In this document: one piece after another, positions 60,216 through 64,000 of the stretch
Numbering within the stretch: position 1 is the first letter of the stretch
Layout: each line of letters starts with the position of its first letter
Assembly: GCA_041640595.1 (NCBI GenBank)
Contig: JBEPZY010000001.1
Location: 1,175,471-1,239,470 of the forward strand
DNA: 64,000 bases
Direction of reading: 5' to 3'
Source of the DNA: Gemmatales bacterium
GTDB lineage: Bacteria; Planctomycetota; Planctomycetia; Gemmatales; HRBIN36
The notes under the pieces: generated by a model
Told to the model about the DNA's origin: nothing
Seen by the model: the letters and a program-made list of their open reading frames with translations, nothing else
Database searches by the model: none
Made by a program: the position numbers and the translations under genes

Positions 60216-60490
60216 GAACTCGGTTGGGTGGCGGTGGGCGACTCCGCCGACCCGAACCGAGTCGCGTCCGGCCTGCGTTAGCGAAACCCCGAAAGTCTTG
60301 TGATGCGGATCGCTCAGCTTCGCATGGAAATAGCTAGCTGCCTGCCGTCGGCCACAGTGGGCGGAGCGGGATGGCAGTCGGAAAAGCGGGTTGGACTCAC
60401 TCCTCACCAGAGAAATACGCAGAACCCGAGGAGAAATTAGGTAGCCAGCAGTTAAAAAACCGTCAGTCCATCCCCGAATTCCGCCGGGGC

Positions 60491-60519
60491 TTGACGGAAC
60501 CCAGGTGAGTCGGTAAAAT
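60491..60519 (+). promoter_or_regulatory. sigma-70-like promoter candidate
   Basis: TTGACG (60491-60496), then 17 nt, then TAAAAT (60514-60519). Confidence 0.4.
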
Positions 60520-60520
60520 T

Positions 60521-60539
60521 GGTATAACATGGTAATACC
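60521..60539. promoter_or_regulatory. imperfect 8-3-8 palindrome (possible Zur/Fur-family operator)
   Basis: GGTATAAC-ATG-GTAATACC lies immediately after the -10 element. It contains TATAACAT, reminiscent of enterobacterial Zur boxes. Confidence 0.3.
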
Positions 60540-60814
60540 GACGGTGAGCAACTTGGTTCAGATGGCTTCGTGCCTCTCGGACGGCCAGATGGTCAGGGAA
60601 GGCATTCCGAATGGCTTACAGGGCCGAAGGAGGCCCTTGCTGGCCAAAATAAACAAGCCATTGCCCAGCCATGGTGAAGGAACGCGCTGGTGCAGAACAA
60701 CCGGGAGCCGCAGAGCCTGTTCCACACAAGCTAGGAAGCAAGTCCTTTCTTGTCAATAACTTATGGCGAAAATCGCGGCGTATTTCCTGAAAATTTAGCA
60801 AATGGAGGTGGAAA

Positions 60815-61849
60815 ATGCGTGTCGGCAGAAAACCGGCAGACTCAAAGTCTCCGCAAGTGCAAAAATGGTGGCTGCGAATCCCGGCCAAATGGCTCGCGGT
60901 CGGTTTGGTCGTGTTGTTAGGCATGACGGCTGGTGGATGCGTGAGGCGACTGGAAGGCGATCCCTGGGGTGGGACGTCGAAACTTCGCGTGCTGGCGACG
61001 ATCGTGCCCTGGCACTGTCTGGCCGCCAGCATCGCGGAACCGGAGGCTGATGTCCGATGTTTGTGCATAACCAACGGTCCGCACGAATTTCAGCCGACGG
61101 CCGAAGAAGCGAGGCTGCTCAACAGTGCCGACCTGGTAATTGCGAATGGTCTGGGGCTGGAAGGGTTCCTGGTGCCGATGCTGCGTGGCAGTGGGCGGAA
61201 AGACTTGACAGTGTTGCGGGTGGCGGAAGAATTACCGCGTCGCGGCGGCAAGTTGATCGAGGTACCGGGCTATGAACATCACGGGCACGTGCATGGTCCT
61301 GGTAACGATCCCCATGTCTGGCTGGGTTTCCAGGAAGCGGAGTTGGCGGCCGAGATGATTACCGAAGCGCTGAGCCAGGCCCGTCCAGAGCATAAGGAAG
61401 CATTCCAGCAACGCTGCGAACAGGTCAAGCAACGACTGAATGCACTGCGTAAACAAGCTGAACCGCTGAGTCGCACGCAGGGCGCCCTTCTAACCGCTCA
61501 TGACGCGTTTCGCTATTTCGGACGCTCGGTGTTCGGAGCGGACTACGAACAGCGGCTGATTGCCGTGCGCGGTTTGCACGGAGAAGAACTTGCCGCGGCC
61601 GACTTTGATAAACTGGTAATCGAGTGCCGCCGCAAACGTGTCCGTGCTTTCGCGATTGAACCGGGGTCTTCTCGCGTGATCCTGGATCGCATCCAGGAAA
61701 GTCTTGGAGAAAAACTGCCTGTCCTCGAACTCGACCCGATAGAAACGGCCGATCCAGACCCGCAACGCCGCTTCTATGTCTCCCCCGACTGGTATTTCAA
61801 GGTCATGGAAAAGAACCTGCAACAACTCCTTGGGGTATTTCAGCCATGA
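60815..61849 (+). CDS. znuA: metal (Zn/Mn) ABC transporter substrate-binding lipoprotein, TroA/ZnuA family
   Basis: GGAGGTGG Shine-Dalgarno, lipobox LGMTAGGC, the His-rich loop YEHHGHVHGPGNDPHVW typical of ZnuA, and a downstream ZnuC-like ATPase. Confidence 0.85.
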   Translation: MRVGRKPADSKSPQVQKWWLRIPAKWLAVGLVVLLGMTAGGCVRRLEGDPWGGTSKLRVLATIVPWHCLAASIAEPEADVRCLCITNGPHEFQPTAEEARLLNSADLVIANGLGLEGFLVPMLRGSGRKDLTVLRVAEELPRRGGKLIEVPGYEHHGHVHGPGNDPHVWLGFQEAELAAEMITEALSQARPEHKEAFQQRCEQVKQRLNALRKQAEPLSRTQGALLTAHDAFRYFGRSVFGADYEQRLIAVRGLHGEELAAADFDKLVIECRRKRVRAFAIEPGSSRVILDRIQESLGEKLPVLELDPIETADPDPQRRFYVSPDWYFKVMEKNLQQLLGVFQP

Positions 61850-62607
61850 AGCCGTCGGACGATGCCCTGGTTACGGTGGAAGACCTAAGTGTCACGCTGG
61901 GCGGGAAAGCTATCCTGCAGCACCTGCATACGCGAATTCCGCGAGGCCAGATCACAGCGCTCATCGGTTTGAATGGTTCGGGCAAGACAACGTTTCTGCG
62001 GGCGATCCTGGGTGAGGTACCGTACACCGGACGGGTGGTTTTTCACTGCGGCCACAATCATCGCTCCAGGCATCCGGAAAAGATCGGCTACGTTCCGCAA
62101 CGGTTGCTTTTTGATATGAACCTGCCGATTACCGTGGTGGAACTGCTAGCGTTGGGAATCACGGCACGCCCGTTGTTTCTCGGCATTGGGAAGGCGACCC
62201 GTCAGCGCATCCGCGAACTCTTGAGCCGGGTGCATGCCGAACACTTGCTCGATAGTCCCGTGGCTGGCTTGTCGGGTGGGGAATTGCAGCGTGTGTTGCT
62301 GGCTCTGGCACTGGAGCCGTTACCAGAGCTGTTGCTCCTGGACGAGCCAGCAGCGGGGATTGATTTCCGACACCAGGGAGAGTTTTACTCTCTGATCGCG
62401 GAGCTGAATCAGCAGCACGGTATTACCACCGTGCTGGTCTCGCATGACCTGAGCGTGGTAAGCAATTGTGCCCATCATGTGCTTTGCTTGCGCAACGGAC
62501 AGATTCAATGCGAAGGGCCACCCCGGGAAATTTTAAGCGGAGAGCGAATCGCGGAAATATTCGGCGAGGACAAGGCTGTTTATCCCCATCGTGCCCACCA
62601 TCACTAG
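61846..62607 (+). CDS. znuC: metal ABC transporter ATP-binding protein (ZnuC-like)
   Basis: Walker A GLNGSGKTTFL, LSGGELQRVLLALAL, LLLLDEPAAGID. It overlaps the znuA stop by 4 nt. No permease gene follows. Confidence 0.85.
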   Translation: MKPSDDALVTVEDLSVTLGGKAILQHLHTRIPRGQITALIGLNGSGKTTFLRAILGEVPYTGRVVFHCGHNHRSRHPEKIGYVPQRLLFDMNLPITVVELLALGITARPLFLGIGKATRQRIRELLSRVHAEHLLDSPVAGLSGGELQRVLLALALEPLPELLLLDEPAAGIDFRHQGEFYSLIAELNQQHGITTVLVSHDLSVVSNCAHHVLCLRNGQIQCEGPPREILSGERIAEIFGEDKAVYPHRAHHH

Positions 62608-62745
62608 CCTGGTTCCGCTCTTCCCTTGTTAGCAGTCTGTTCTGAAAATGGGCAGAAGAATATCGGGGCAGCCCTTCCAGCCCGCCTTCAGACTTGCTAT
62701 CTCCAGGGTGGATTTGTTTGACTGGCGAAACACCAGGGGAACCCC

Positions 62746-64000
62746 ATGCGTGCGGAAATCATTGCCATCGGCACGGAACTCGTCCACGGACAGAAGCTCG
62801 ACACTAACAGTGCCTGGCTGAGCCGACGGGTGCAGGAGCTCGGTCTGGAACCCACCTGGCATACCACGATTCCCGATGACCTTGAAGTCATGGTCGCGGC
62901 CCTGGATTTGGCGCGACAGCGAGCGGACCTCGTTATCATCACCGGCGGTTTGGGTCCCACCCTGGACGATTTAACCCGCGAAGCTCTGGCACGGTTGGCC
63001 GGGGTCGAACTGGTGCTGCATGAACCGTCTTTGCGTCGCATCGAGGAACTATTTGCCCGCCGCGGTCGTCCCATGCCGGAACGCAACCGGGTCCAGGCAA
63101 TGATTCCTCGAGGTGCCGAGGTCATCGTTAACGAGTTGGGCACCGCTCCCGGTATCTGGATGAGCGTGCCTCGCCAGCCGTGTGGTTGCCCCCGTGAAGA
63201 CAGCCCGCTGACGCTGGGCCTGGCTAAGCCGCGAACGTTAGTCATAGCCTTGCCCGGAGTGCCGAGCGAACTTTTTGCCATGTGGGAAAAAGAAGTTCGG
63301 CCACGCCTGCAAAAGCAACTGCCGGGTGGGGTAGTAGTCCGCGAACGATTGCTGCATTGTTTCGGGCTGGGCGAATCCGCCATCGAGGCCAAACTCGGTG
63401 ATCTGACACGCCGCGGTCGCAATCCGGAGGTGGGAATCACCGCTTCCGATGCGGTGATCACGCTGCGGCTGGTGGCCCGTGCGGCTACGGAAGCGGAAGC
63501 ACTCGCCCTTTTGCAAACCGATGAAGCGTATATTCGCCAGCAACTGGGGGAACTGGTATTCGGTAGCGGACAGGAAGAACTGCAACATGCTGTGGCCTCC
63601 CTGCTGGCAGCCACAGGCCAGACGCTGGCAACTGCGGAAAGCGTAACCGGCGGACTGCTCGCCAGTCGGCTCACTCAGGTTCCCGGTATCAGCAAATGGT
63701 ATCGCGGCGGAATTGTGGCTTATCAGACGCCCGTAAAAGCCGAGGTTCTGGGCGTAGATAAGGAGTTACTGGATCGCTTTGGGGCGGTTTCCGCACCAGT
63801 AGCATCGGCGATGGCGGAACGCGCTCGACAACTTTTTGCTTCCGACCTGGCTCTTTCGACCACCGGTGTCGCTGGCCCCGATCCGGATGAGCGCGGCAAT
63901 CCGGTAGGTCTGGTGTACATCGGTTTGGCTTATCCGGGCGGCGTGCACACCTGCGAGGTCCGCTGGTTCGGCAACCGCCTGGAAATTCAGAGCCGTGCTG
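62746..64000 (+). CDS. cinA: CinA-family protein (MoCF-binding domain + PncC nicotinamide-nucleotide amidase domain), 3' end off window
   Basis: Own translation from the ATG at 62746 gives MRAEIIAIGTELVHGQKLDTNSAWLSRRVQELG..VIITGGLGPTLDDLT.. and later LATAESVTGGLLASRL..STTGVAGP. There is no stop before 64000, so it is absent from the ORF track. Confidence 0.9.
   Translation, partial: MRAEIIAIGTELVHGQKLDTNSAWLSRRVQELGLEPTWHTTIPDDLEVMVAALDLARQRADLVIITGGLGPTLDDLTREALARLAGVELVLHEPSLRRIEELFARRGRPMPERNRVQAMIPRGAEVIVNELGTAPGIWMSVPRQPCGCPREDSPLTLGLAKPRTLVIALPGVPSELFAMWEKEVRPRLQKQLPGGVVVRERLLHCFGLGESAIEAKLGDLTRRGRNPEVGITASDAVITLRLVARAATEAEALALLQTDEAYIRQQLGELVFGSGQEELQHAVASLLAATGQTLATAESVTGGLLASRLTQVPGISKWYRGGIVAYQTPVKAEVLGVDKELLDRFGAVSAPVASAMAERARQLFASDLALSTTGVAGPDPDERGNPVGLVYIGLAYPGGVHTCEVRWFGNRLEIQSRA

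Noticed and set aside
60521-60814. Cobalamin or another known metal riboswitch in the znuA leader
   Set aside because: I could not find the B12 box or GGGAA..GGTG..CCCGC core, nor the yybP-ykoY or NiCo signature strings. Only generic helices are present.
62697-63674. 325-aa minus-strand ORF
   Set aside because: It is an S/R/A-rich antisense shadow of cinA, whose plus-strand frame is open to the window end.

Overview
About 57% GC, roughly 45 protein genes, and content typical of a Planctomycetota/PVC chromosome (inferred from protein families, not searched). Housekeeping blocks are an Rrf2-sufBCDSU-sufT operon (14.2-20.7 kb), nfi, ltaE, ybjQ, aroC, dnaK, pheA, znuAC and cinA. There is an LPS inner-core/lipid A cluster at 33.4-42.1 kb: a Kdo/WaaP-kinase::GT4 fusion, a second kinase, a GT9 heptosyltransferase, hldE and lpxK. 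Also present are an ABC-type polysaccharide export cluster (5.8-9.7 kb), a Wza-like exporter, and a sigma-54-type two-component pair. Two edge-truncated genes are missing from the ORF track because they have no in-window stop: 1..1507 (-) and 62746..64000 (+). The accessory or decayed parts are the interesting ones. (1) A decayed IS5-family element lies at 12497-13612. (2) An orphan beta-class DNA methyltransferase sits downstream of a translationally coupled pair of unknown genes (45.99-48.5 kb), followed by a field of gene debris (48.5-49.7 kb). (3) A repeat-saturated, lower-GC island (56.17-60.3 kb) has tandem arrays of a 71-74 bp unit bracketing small orphan ORFs. (4) Insertion-like micro-duplications with a strikingly constant ~66 bp period recur at seven or more places, mostly inside dead or mobile genes. 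No cas genes, rRNA or tRNA were recognised. All similarity statements are by-eye motif recognition; no database search was possible.
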